DNA of 64,000 bases from NCBI GenBank assembly GCA_904381285.1, contig CAJFII010000006.1, positions 5,801 to 69,800 on the forward strand. Direction: 5' to 3'. Source of the DNA: an uncultured Clostridia bacterium (GTDB lineage: Bacteria; Bacillota; Clostridia; TANB77; CAG-508). Each line of letters begins with the position of its first letter. Position 1 is the stretch's first letter. The notes under the pieces are model-generated. The model was not told the origin of the DNA, searched no databases, and was given only the letters and a program-made list of their open reading frames with translations. This document shows, in pieces, positions 18,137-27,575 of the stretch. The position numbers were made by a program, and so were the translations under genes.

Positions 18137-18148
18137 AAATGAACTTCC
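18137..18148. repeat. left arm of 12-bp inverted repeat bracketing ORF 18174-18383 (AAATGAACTTCC)
   Basis: Exact reverse complement of 18403-18414. It shares ATGAACTT with the palindromic elements at 68-96 and 15627-15655. Confidence 0.7.
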
Positions 18149-18173
18149 CCGTAAAATTAACCAGTTACTTTTG

Positions 18174-18383
18174 CTACTTATTGAAAACTAATATACCTTC
18201 TATTTCTGTTTGCCTTCTCTTCTGCCCTTGATCATCAGTAAGAATAAATGCCGTTTTTTCAACTCTTATTTTTTCAAAACATTCATAAGTCCAACCATCT
18301 TTTTCTGAGTCATTAGTATATCTTGTTAATAACTCTGCTAATTCCGTAGTATCACTAGCATATACGGGAATAAATTTCTTCAT
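18174..18383 (-). CDS. small (69 aa) hypothetical protein
   Basis: AAGGAGAG Shine-Dalgarno upstream of the ATG. Sequence begins MKKFIPVYASDTTELAELLTRYTNDSEKDGW. No family recognised. Confidence 0.55.
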   Translation of the reverse strand: MKKFIPVYASDTTELAELLTRYTNDSEKDGWTYECFEKIRVEKTAFILTDDQGQKRRQTEIEGILVFNK

Positions 18384-18402
18384 TTTCTACTCTCCTTTAT
18401 TG

Positions 18403-18414
18403 GAAGTTCATTTG
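18403..18414. repeat. right arm of the 12-bp inverted repeat (GGAAGTTCATTT)
   Basis: Reverse complement of 18137-18148. The extended stretch AAGTTCATTTGACAT is identical to 15649-15663 next to palindrome copy B. Confidence 0.7.
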
Positions 18415-18429
18415 ACATAACTATATTAT

Positions 18430-18465
18430 ACTACAAAATGACTTAAAAATCAATTTTTAAGTCAT
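18430..18465 (-). terminator. intrinsic terminator downstream of mutS
   Basis: Perfect 13-bp stem ATGACTTAAAAAT / ATTTTTAAGTCAT. The minus strand continues with TTTTGTAG. Confidence 0.75.
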
Positions 18466-18499
18466 TTTGCACTTATAACTATAATGTATTTCTCCTTTA

Positions 18500-21113
18500 T
18501 TATGAAACACTTTCTTTTAATTTAACTAATGTATTTAATGCTTCAATTGGTGTTAGCTCATTTAAGTTAATTTTATCAATCTCATGTGCAAGTTCTGCAA
18601 GCTTATAGTTATACAGGTCTAATTGTCCTGCAGGTTGCTTTTTATTTTCTTTTTCAGTTGCTTTCTGGGTTAGCGCACTTTTTCTTTCTAAGCTTTTTAA
18701 GATTTCATTTGCTTTTTTTACTACTGGTGCTGGAACTCCTGCTAGTTTTGCAACATGTATTCCATAGCTTTCATCTGTTCCACCTTGTACAATTTTTCTT
18801 AAGAAAATGATATCTTCTCCTTTTTCCTTTACTGCAATAGAATAATTCTTTATACCTTCTACTTGGTTTTCAAGTTGTGTAAGTTCATGATAATGTGTTG
18901 CAAATAATGTTTTTGCCCCGCATTTTTCCTTATCTGCTATATATGTAGCAACAGCCCAAGCTATTGATAGTCCATCATATGTTGAGGTTCCTCTACCTAT
19001 TTCGTCTAATATTACTAAACTATCACTAGTTGCTTCTTTTAATATATTTGCAACTTCCATCATTTCTACCATGAATGTACTTTGTCCCATACTTAAGTCG
19101 TCAGATGCACCAACTCTCGTAAAAATTTTATCTACAATTCCGATATTTGCACTACTTGCTGGTACAAAACTTCCAACTTGTGCCATAAGTGTAATTAGTG
19201 CAACTTGACGCATATATGTAGATTTTCCAGCCATATTAGGTCCTGTTATGATTGATAGTCTGTCTCCTTCTTTGTCTAAATATGTATCATTTTCTACAAA
19301 TGCACCACTTGGTAGCATTTTTTCTATAACAGGATGTCTTCCTCCTTTTATATCTATTACTCCATCTTCGGTCATTGTTGGCTTTGTATAATTTAAATCT
19401 TCTGCAACTGTTGCAAATGATGTTAAAACATCTAGTGTAGAAATAATATTAGCTGAGTCTTGTATTCTCTTAATTTGTTTTGCAAGTTCACATCTAATTT
19501 CTAAAAATAAATCATATTCTAAATTTATAAGTTTTTCTTGTGAGCCAAGAATTTTGTCTTCTAAATTCTTTAATTCTTCTGTAATATATCTTTCTGCATT
19601 TGTTAATGTTTGTTTTCTTATAAACCTTTCTGGAACTTGAGACAAGTTTGATTTTGTTACTTCTATAAAATATCCAAAAACTTTATTAAAACCTACTTTT
19701 AAGTTTTTAATACCTGTTTGTTCTTTTTCTTTAACCTCTAATTCCATAAGCCATTTCTTACCATCTGTTGTTGCAGACTTTAGTTCGTCTACTTCTTCAT
19801 TATACCCTTTTTTTATCATTCCACCTTCTTTTACTGAAATTGGTGGATCTTCTATAATTGCTCTATCTATTAATGTATATACATCTTTTAATTCATCTAA
19901 ATTTTGGTACAAGTTTTGAATTAATTTAGAACTTGTTGTTGATAAAATAGATTTTATTTCTGGCAACTGTTTTATTGAGTTTTTAAGTGAAATCATATCT
20001 CTTGCATTAGCATTTCCATAAGATATTTTTCCTATTAATCTTTCTATATCATAAACTTTTTTTAGATTTTCTATTATATCTCCTCTTAACATTAAATTGT
20101 TTTTTAACTCTTCTACTGCATCAAGTCTATTTCTAATTTCTGTTATATCTATTAAAGGATCATTTAGCCATCTCCTTAACATTCTTCCTCCCATGGATGT
20201 TGAGGTTTTATCTAATACCCATAATAGTGTCCCTTTTTTTGATTTATCTCTCATTCTTTCCGTTATTTCTAAGTTACGCCTTGCACTAATATCTAATGCC
20301 ATATATTTATTTGTATTATATATTTGTATTGTATTTATATGTTCTAATTTTATTTTTTGAGTTTGATTTAAATAATCTAAAAGTCCATTAATTGCTGATA
20401 CTGTGAACAATTTATCGTCAAATCTATTTACTTTTTCTCCCTTATCTGTTACTATTTCATAATTTGCAACAAGATTATCTGTGTTTGTACTAAATGAGTT
20501 TTCATCAACTTTTGAAATATATAATCCAAATCTTTCTTTAATTTTAGCTATTTCTTCTGTACTAGAATATAGTAAATCATTTGCTATAATTTCTGCTGGA
20601 GTAAAACGTGACATTTCATCTAACAATCTTTCAAAATTATTGTTTTGATTGATTTGTGTTGCATAAAATTCTCCTGTTGAGACATCACAAACTGCAACAC
20701 CAAAATATATTCCCTTCTTAAAAATACTCATTATATAATTATTTTTCTTTTCCTCTAATAAGTTTGATTCTATAACTGTACCCGGTGTTACAACTCTTAT
20801 AACATCTCTTTTTACAATTCCTTTGGCTTGTTTTGGATCTTCTAATTGCTCACATATTGCTACTTTATATCCTTTACCGTATTAATCTTGCAATATACAT
20901 CTCAGCAGCATGAAAAGGAACACCACACATAGGTGCTCTTTCTTCTTGACCACAGTCTTTTCCTGTTAATGTGATTTCTAATTCTCTTGAGGCAGTTAAA
21001 GCATCATCAAAAAACATTTCATAAAAATCACCTAAACGATAAAATAAAATGCAGTCTTTATATTTTTCTTTTGTATCTAAATAATGTTGCATCATTGGAG
21101 AAAATTCTGCCAT
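18500..21113 (-). pseudogene. mutS: DNA mismatch repair protein MutS, interrupted by a +1 frameshift near 20877-20880
   Basis: The N-terminal 79-aa ORF (20874-21113, [12 protein letters not shown]...AARLIR*) and the 18500-20731 ORF are contiguous MutS sequence. The total span of 2614 nt is not a multiple of 3. Walker A GPNMAGKST is present. Confidence 0.85.
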
Positions 21114-21152
21114 ATTTTTTACTTCCTTTCATATACTTTCATTACTTTAACA

Positions 21153-22526
21153 TTATAGTAATTCACCTTTTAAATACCACATATGCTCAGAAACTATTTT
21201 TAAGTCTATTATTTTATGAATTAATTTTTCATCTCCCTCAAAATTCACTACTTTATTTGTATCTGTTCTGCCTGTTAGCATATTAGGATTATTTTTACTT
21301 TTTCCCTCTACTAATACTTTTTGAATTGTTCCTACATATTTTTTATTATTATCTTCAATTTGGCTTTCTACTAGTTCTTTTAGTTTATCAAATCTCTTAT
21401 GTTTTATTTCATCTGGTATTTGATTTTCCATTTTATCTGCTGGAGTTCCAACTCTTCTTGAATAAATAAACATATACACTTGTTCAAATTTAATTTTTCT
21501 TACAACATCTAATGTGTCTTCGAAATCTTCCTCTGTTTCTCCTGGGAATCCAACAATTATATCTGTTGAAAATACAATACCAGGTATTTGTTCTTGCATT
21601 TTTTTAGCAAGTTCTAAATATTGTTCTTTAGTATATTTTCTATTCATTACTTTTAACACATTGCTGCTACCAGATTGTAATGGTAAATGAACTATTTTGC
21701 ATATTTTATCACATGTAGCAATAGCTCGTATTACATCGTCTGTAAAATCTTTTGGATGTGGTGACACAAAACGTATTCTTTGTATTCCGTCTATTTTATT
21801 TACATCATATAATAAGTCTGAAAATTTGTAACCATTACCTCCATCATATGAATTTACATTTTGACCAAGTAGTGTTATTTCTTTATATCCCTCTTTGGCT
21901 AATTCTTTTATTTCATTTAATATATCTTCCGGCTTTCTACTTCTTTCTCTTCCACGTACATATGGTACAATACAGTAACTACAAAAATTATTGCAACCAT
22001 ACATTATTGTTACAGATGCTTTTATATCATCATTTCTTTTTATTGGTAAACCTTCATAAACTTCACCATCAATGTCCATAATATCATCTATTCTTTTTCG
22101 TTTCACTAATATTTTATATATATCTTCTGGTAATTTGTGAAGTGTATGTGTTCCAAATATTATATCAACAAATGGATAACTTTTATGTAATTTTTCTACA
22201 ATATGTTCTTCTTGCATCATACATCCACCAATTGCTATAATTGTATTATTTTTCTCTTTTTGTTTTTTCATTTCACCAATTTTTCCAAATAATTTATCCT
22301 CCGCATTTTCTCTTACACAGCAAGTATTAAAAATAACTAAATCTGAAATGGATAAATCTTCTGTTTTAGAATATCCCATTTCTTCCAACATACCAGATAT
22401 TTTCTCTGAATCGTTTTCATTTAATTGACATCCCATTGTATAAATACTATATTTTAGTGTTTTAGCACTATTAATTTCTTGTACTTTTTTCATATATTCA
22501 TATTGCTCTTGTATTTCGCCTTTCAA
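21153..22526 (-). CDS. miaB: tRNA-2-methylthio-N6-dimethylallyladenosine synthase
   Basis: UPF0004 N-domain (TMGCQLNENDSE), radical SAM CNNFCSYCIVP, and a TRAM-like C-terminus. The TTG at 22526 with an AAGGTGG Shine-Dalgarno is preferred, because the longer ORF runs into the terminator hairpin. Confidence 0.85.
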   Translation of the reverse strand: MKGEIQEQYEYMKKVQEINSAKTLKYSIYTMGCQLNENDSEKISGMLEEMGYSKTEDLSISDLVIFNTCCVRENAEDKLFGKIGEMKKQKEKNNTIIAIGGCMMQEEHIVEKLHKSYPFVDIIFGTHTLHKLPEDIYKILVKRKRIDDIMDIDGEVYEGLPIKRNDDIKASVTIMYGCNNFCSYCIVPYVRGRERSRKPEDILNEIKELAKEGYKEITLLGQNVNSYDGGNGYKFSDLLYDVNKIDGIQRIRFVSPHPKDFTDDVIRAIATCDKICKIVHLPLQSGSSNVLKVMNRKYTKEQYLELAKKMQEQIPGIVFSTDIIVGFPGETEEDFEDTLDVVRKIKFEQVYMFIYSRRVGTPADKMENQIPDEIKHKRFDKLKELVESQIEDNNKKYVGTIQKVLVEGKSKNNPNMLTGRTDTNKVVNFEGDEKLIHKIIDLKIVSEHMWYLKGELL

Positions 22527-22561
22527 ATTTTTTTCCACCTTTTTAATTGTATTTTTTACAT

Positions 22562-22590
22562 ATTTTATCATAATCTGACACTTACTGCAA
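22562..22590 (-). promoter_or_regulatory. putative sigmaA-type promoter of miaB
   Basis: Minus strand reads TTGCAG-17 nt-TAAAAT, between the nadD terminator and miaB. Confidence 0.4.
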
Positions 22591-22596
22591 GCCTGA

Positions 22597-22642
22597 AAAT
22601 AAGGACAATACAAAAAATAATTTCTTTGTATTGTCCTTATTT
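22597..22642 (-). terminator. intrinsic terminator after nadD
   Basis: 18-bp perfect stem AAATAAGGACAATACAAA / TTTGTATTGTCCTTATTT abutting the nadD stop codon. Confidence 0.7.
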
Positions 22643-23244
22643 TAACAATTATACAATCTGTTTTTTTCTATATAATTTAACACTTCTTTTTGTAGTATTA
22701 ATTCTAAATTATTATTACCACTTTCTAAATTTTTTCTAACTTCTGTTGAACTTGTATCATTATGTTTAGTGTTTTCCATTATATAAAAATTTTTTTCATT
22801 TTCTTTTAATATTTCATTAGATTTAATTATTTCTTTAGCATCTATAATACCTCTTTGTATTACTATATATTTATATTTTTGGGCTAATATTTCTAAATCT
22901 TTTGATAATATCATTTTATATAAATTATCTGCTCCAATTATATAATATTTACTTATTTCATCATAACTTTCTTCTATTTTTTGAAAGGCCTCTAATGTTG
23001 TTAAATTTCTATCTTGATTTAATTCTATATCTGATATTTCTAAATCTTTATAACCATTAGTTGCAATTTTTAGCATATTATATCTATGTTTTTCATTTAT
23101 TAGACCTTTTTTGTTATAACTGTCTCCAACTGGAACAAAAATTACTTTATCCATATTAAACATTTTAACTATTTCTAATGCTAAGTCTACATGTGCTTTT
23201 GTTACTGGGTTAAAGCTGCCTCCAAAAAATCCATATTTTTTCAT
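22642..23244 (-). CDS. nadD: nicotinate-nucleotide adenylyltransferase
   Basis: N-terminal GGSFNPVTKAH nucleotidyltransferase (HxGH-type) motif. 200 aa. Confidence 0.85.
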   Translation of the reverse strand: MKKYGFFGGSFNPVTKAHVDLALEIVKMFNMDKVIFVPVGDSYNKKGLINEKHRYNMLKIATNGYKDLEISDIELNQDRNLTTLEAFQKIEESYDEISKYYIIGADNLYKMILSKDLEILAQKYKYIVIQRGIIDAKEIIKSNEILKENEKNFYIMENTKHNDTSSTEVRKNLESGNNNLELILQKEVLNYIEKNRLYNC

Positions 23245-23274
23245 TTATTCCTACCTCTTATATCTACGTGTGTT

Positions 23275-23952
23275 TCAGTTTTTTATATATTTTTCTATTT
23301 CTTTATATATCTCTTCATGGATATCATTTATTTCTCTTATCTTGTTATCTTTTATGCACTTAACTTCATACCAGTCATATTTATTAACTATACTACATGC
23401 CGCATTATAACTATCTATAATGTGAGTTTTATCTCTTTCATGTATATCTTTTTGAGTTTGATGTGTAAATTTATTTTTTCTGTTTTCCATAAGATGCATT
23501 GCATATTCTGGAGGCATATTTAAGAAAAATGTTTTTGTTGGCACAGGTAAACCATAAAGATGAAACTCAAAATCCCATAACCATTTTAGAAATTCTTCTC
23601 TTTCTTTTTCATCTTTTATTTTTCCTGCTTGGTGTACCATATTAGCTGTTGTATATCTATCTGCTAATATGATTCCACCTTCATTATAATATTCTTCAAA
23701 ATATTTTTTAAATGTTGCATATCTATCTGCTGCATAAAAAGTTGATGCTATATATGGACTTACATCTTTTGCATTTTCTCCAAATTCTCCAGATAGATAC
23801 ATTTTTACAAGTGCTGAAGAAGGGCTATCATAATTGGGAAAACTTACTACTCTAAACTTTATATTTTCCTCACTTAGTCTTTGTTGTAATTTTTTAAACT
23901 GAGTTTGTTTACCACTACCATCAGTTCCTTCTATTACAAATAATTTTCCCAT
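23275..23952 (-). CDS. tmk: thymidylate kinase (dTMP kinase family)
   Basis: P-loop FVIEGTDGSGKQTQ and the DRY motif ADRYTTANM. The ATG at 23952 has a GAGGG Shine-Dalgarno. Confidence 0.8.
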   Translation of the reverse strand: MGKLFVIEGTDGSGKQTQFKKLQQRLSEENIKFRVVSFPNYDSPSSALVKMYLSGEFGENAKDVSPYIASTFYAADRYATFKKYFEEYYNEGGIILADRYTTANMVHQAGKIKDEKEREEFLKWLWDFEFHLYGLPVPTKTFFLNMPPEYAMHLMENRKNKFTHQTQKDIHERDKTHIIDSYNAACSIVNKYDWYEVKCIKDNKIREINDIHEEIYKEIEKYIKN

Positions 23953-23983
23953 ACTTTTTCCCTCTTTCATATTTTATATTTTT

Positions 23984-25555
23984 TTAATGTTTCATTCCTT
24001 CTTTTATATATTCTACTTCTTTTTCGACATCTAAACGCATAAATAATGGTTCGCCTTTTTGTATTACTTTTGTATTTTCAGGAATTGAATCATATTTCTC
24101 CATACTTTCCCAAGTCTTTAAATTTATATCATTAATACCTATTTGTCTTAGTATATTGTTTGCTGTATCCTGCATAAATGGAATTAAGATTATTCCTATT
24201 GTTCTTAAATTTTCTATTAAATGATACATACATGATTGTAGTTTTTCTGTTTCATTGTTTTTGTCTAGAATCCATGGTGTTGTTTCATCAATATATTTAT
24301 TGGTTCTTGAAATTAAGTTCCAAGTTTCTGATAACGCATTTGCAAATTCAAATTTTTCTATATAATTCTCTATTTTTTTAATTTGCTCTTTTGTTGTATT
24401 TTCTAATTCTTCATCAACATCGTTTTTATGTCCATTGTACTTTGGAACAATACCATTAAAATATTTATTAACCATAGAAACTGTTCTATTTAATAAATTT
24501 CCTAAATCATTGCATAAATCATAATTAAATCTTTCTACAAAACCTTCTGGTGAAAAGACTCCATCTTGCACTACTGGTATTTCTCTTAATAAAAAATATC
24601 TTGTTGCATCTAGGCCATATCTATCTATTAATAATTCTGGATAAACTACATTTCCTTTAGATTTGCTCATTTTTCCATCTTTCATCATAATCCAATTATG
24701 AACTAATATCTTTTTAGGAAGAGGTAATCCTAATGCCATTAAGAAAATTGGCCAATATATTAAGTGAAATCTCGCAATATCTTTACCAACTATTTGTACA
24801 TCTGCTGGCCAGTATTTTTTAAATAATGTATCATCATCTGACATATATCCTAACGCTGTTAAATAGTTAGTTAAAGCATCTAACCAAACATATATAACAT
24901 GTTTTGGATCTGACTTTACCTTTATTCCCCAATCAAAACTTGTACGAGTAACGCATAAATCTTCTAGACCTGGTTTTATAAAGTTATTTATCATTTCTGT
25001 TTTTCTAAACTCTGGTGTTATAAAGTCAATATTTTCATATGCTTCAAGTAATTTATCTGCATATTTTTTCATATTAAAAAAATATGCTTCTTCTTTCATT
25101 AGTTTTACTTCTCTGCCACAGTCTGGACATTTTCCATCTACTAATTGTGTTTTTGTGAAATAGGTCTCACATGGTATACAATACATTCCTTCATATGTGC
25201 CTTTATATATATCCCCATTTTTTATAAATTTTTCAAATATTTCTTGCACTATTTTTGTATGTCTTTCCTCGGTTGTTCTTATGAAGTCATCATATTCTAT
25301 ATTCATTTTTTTCCACAAATCTTTTGCTAAATCCGCCATTTCATCTACATATTGTTGTGGCTCCATTCCTCTTTCTTGCGCTACTGTTTGTATTTTTTGT
25401 CCATGCTCATCTGTTCCAGTAAGAAGGTATGTATCATATCCTCTTAATTTTTTGTATTTCTTTATTGTGTCAGCAAGTACTGTTGTATAGGCTGTTCCTA
25501 TATGAAACTTACCACTTGGATAATATATAGGTGTTGTTATATAGAACTTGTCCAT
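23984..25555 (-). CDS. metG: methionine--tRNA ligase (short form, no C-terminal tRNA-binding domain)
   Basis: HIGH-region variant FHIGTAY, KMSKS motif, and zinc knuckles CIPC / CPDC. Confidence 0.95.
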   Translation of the reverse strand: MDKFYITTPIYYPSGKFHIGTAYTTVLADTIKKYKKLRGYDTYLLTGTDEHGQKIQTVAQERGMEPQQYVDEMADLAKDLWKKMNIEYDDFIRTTEERHTKIVQEIFEKFIKNGDIYKGTYEGMYCIPCETYFTKTQLVDGKCPDCGREVKLMKEEAYFFNMKKYADKLLEAYENIDFITPEFRKTEMINNFIKPGLEDLCVTRTSFDWGIKVKSDPKHVIYVWLDALTNYLTALGYMSDDDTLFKKYWPADVQIVGKDIARFHLIYWPIFLMALGLPLPKKILVHNWIMMKDGKMSKSKGNVVYPELLIDRYGLDATRYFLLREIPVVQDGVFSPEGFVERFNYDLCNDLGNLLNRTVSMVNKYFNGIVPKYNGHKNDVDEELENTTKEQIKKIENYIEKFEFANALSETWNLISRTNKYIDETTPWILDKNNETEKLQSCMYHLIENLRTIGIILIPFMQDTANNILRQIGINDINLKTWESMEKYDSIPENTKVIQKGEPLFMRLDVEKEVEYIKEGMKH

Positions 25556-25600
25556 TTACATCTTTCCTTTCAAAATATAAATTTATTAGTATAAAGTAAC

Positions 25601-25632
25601 AAGAAAAGGGCAGACAAAAGGCGCCTGCCCCC
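25601..25632 (-). terminator. terminator after the 25658-25996 gene
   Basis: Minus strand GGGCAG...CTGCCC stem followed by TTTTCTTG. Confidence 0.55.
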
Positions 25633-25657
25633 TACAATGTTTTTTATTGTGTTAATA

Positions 25658-25996
25658 TTACACATTTTTCCAAAACCATTCTAGGCTATTATCAATGCTT
25701 TTTTTCTTTTTTGCTTTTGCTTCTATGTCATCTATCCATAAATATGACATATATGCTAAGAATATCATTATGAAGTCTACTAATAAGCATCTAACAAGTA
25801 TTGGCCCCATAGCTTCATATTGTACTGGTAATATTAGGAATTGTATTCCATGCATTAATAATAGTATTAGAAATACTACTAATGATACTAATGGTACATA
25901 TGCATTTTTTGCTTCTTTACCAATATAAATAAGACATACTGTAAGAAATAATGATATTAACAATATCCATGGATTTGAAATGTTAACTAAAAACAT
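25658..25996 (-). CDS. small integral membrane protein (3 predicted TM segments)
   Basis: 112-aa hydrophobic ORF immediately downstream of glmM. No family recognised. Confidence 0.5.
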   Translation of the reverse strand: MFLVNISNPWILLISLFLTVCLIYIGKEAKNAYVPLVSLVVFLILLLMHGIQFLILPVQYEAMGPILVRCLLVDFIMIFLAYMSYLWIDDIEAKAKKKKSIDNSLEWFWKNV

Positions 25997-26009
25997 AATT
26001 ATCCTCCTT

Positions 26010-27374
26010 TTACTTTAGTTTTTTTTCGATTAGCTCAGCTAATTCTTTTGCTTTTGTTTTTATATATTCTTTATTTTCACCTTCTATCATAACCCTTACT
26101 AAAGGTTCTGTTCCAGAAGGTCTTATAAGAACCCTACCATTTTCAGAAAATTCCTTTTCTAATTCTTTTATTTTGTTTTGGATTTCATCATCTTTATCAT
26201 AATCATATTTTTTATCTGATTTAACTTTTGCATTTATTAAAACCTGTGGATATATATTTATTATATCACAAAGTTTTGAAGCTGCAACATTTTTTTCTAA
26301 TAAAATTTTAATCATCATTAATGATGTTAAAATTCCATCTCCTGTAGGATTATAGTCTAAAAATATTATATGTCCTGATTGTTCTCCTCCTAAGTTATAT
26401 CCATTCTTCTTCATTTCCTCTAAAACATATCTATCTCCTACTTTAGTTTGCTTTAGTTCTAACCCATTCTCTTTTGCGTATTTTTTCAAACCTATATTAC
26501 TCATAACAGTTGCAACAACAGTATTTTTGTTTAAAGTATTATTTTCTTTCATATATTTAGAAAATATTGCAAGTAATTTATCCCCATCAATTTCATTACC
26601 ATTTTCATCTATTAAAAGACATCTATCTCCGTCACCATCATAAGCAATACCTAAATCTAGTTTGTTATCTACAACATATTGTTTTATGCTTTCTAAATGT
26701 GTTGATCCACAACCTTGGTTTATATTTATTCCGTCTGGATAATTATTTATAATACTATAGTTTATTCCTAGTTTTTTAAATATTTCCTCTGCTATTTTAT
26801 ATGTAGCTCCATTTGCAGTATCTATTCCTACTTTAAAGTCTTTTTTATTATATTTTTCTATATCTTTCTTAAATGTATCTATAAAAAAGTTCATATATTC
26901 ATTTATTAAGTCATAACTTATTTCAGATACCCCTATTTTATCATGTGGTGCATTTAGTTCAGATATTTGTTCTGAATCCATAATTTGTTCTATTTCTTCT
27001 TCAATAGAATCATCTATTTTTGTTCCTTTATTACTAAAATATTTTACACCATTAAATTCAAATGTATTATGTGACGCTGAAATAACAACGCTTGCATCTG
27101 CATTTAACTTTCTTGTTAAATATGCTACTGCTGGTGTTGGTATAACACCTAAAAGTTTTACATTTGCTCCATAACTTAAGAAGCCAGCTGTCATTGCACT
27201 TTCTATTAATGTTCCTGAAATACGAGTATCTCTACCTATTAATATTGTTGGTGTATGATCTGTATGCTTTGATAATACATATGCCCCTGCTTTTGCAACT
27301 TTATATACAAGTCCTGGTGTAAGTTCTATATTAGCAATTCTTCTAATTCCATCTGTACCAAAATATTTTCTCAT
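26010..27374 (-). CDS. glmM: phosphoglucosamine mutase
   Basis: Active-site SASHN motif, alpha-D-phosphohexomutase domain order, and Mg site DGDGDR. Confidence 0.95.
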   Translation of the reverse strand: MRKYFGTDGIRRIANIELTPGLVYKVAKAGAYVLSKHTDHTPTILIGRDTRISGTLIESAMTAGFLSYGANVKLLGVIPTPAVAYLTRKLNADASVVISASHNTFEFNGVKYFSNKGTKIDDSIEEEIEQIMDSEQISELNAPHDKIGVSEISYDLINEYMNFFIDTFKKDIEKYNKKDFKVGIDTANGATYKIAEEIFKKLGINYSIINNYPDGININQGCGSTHLESIKQYVVDNKLDLGIAYDGDGDRCLLIDENGNEIDGDKLLAIFSKYMKENNTLNKNTVVATVMSNIGLKKYAKENGLELKQTKVGDRYVLEEMKKNGYNLGGEQSGHIIFLDYNPTGDGILTSLMMIKILLEKNVAASKLCDIINIYPQVLINAKVKSDKKYDYDKDDEIQNKIKELEKEFSENGRVLIRPSGTEPLVRVMIEGENKEYIKTKAKELAELIEKKLK

Positions 27375-27497
27375 CTTGCATTATTATCCTTTCTAGTTAA
27401 TATTAGTTTAGTTAAATTTATTCTTATTATATATAATATATGTATTCTTTGCAATATTTTTAGTAAAAATTTTAATTAAATATTTTATTTCATTATA

Positions 27498-27526
27498 TTG
27501 TACATTTTTATTTTTGATGTTATACT
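27498..27526 (+). promoter_or_regulatory. putative sigmaA-type promoter of the coiled-coil repeat gene
   Basis: TTGTAC-17 nt-TATACT. Confidence 0.4.
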
Positions 27527-27575
27527 AACTATTGTAAAAATAGACAAACTATTAAAATTAGAAAGGAGGAATAGT

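Noticed and set aside
18403-18440. Possible Xer/dif recombination site (partial resemblance of TTATGTCAAAT and ACTTCC to the B. subtilis dif arms)
   Set aside because: Only one arm at a time matches (about 9 of 11 positions), and no correctly spaced second arm is present. The similarity is better explained by the dispersed palindromic element.
21153-22613. Long 486-aa version of miaB starting at 22613
   Set aside because: That start lies inside the 18-bp terminator stem after nadD. A TTG at 22526 with an AAGGTGG Shine-Dalgarno and a promoter-like TTGCAG-17-TAAAAT in between gives a normal MiaB N-terminus.
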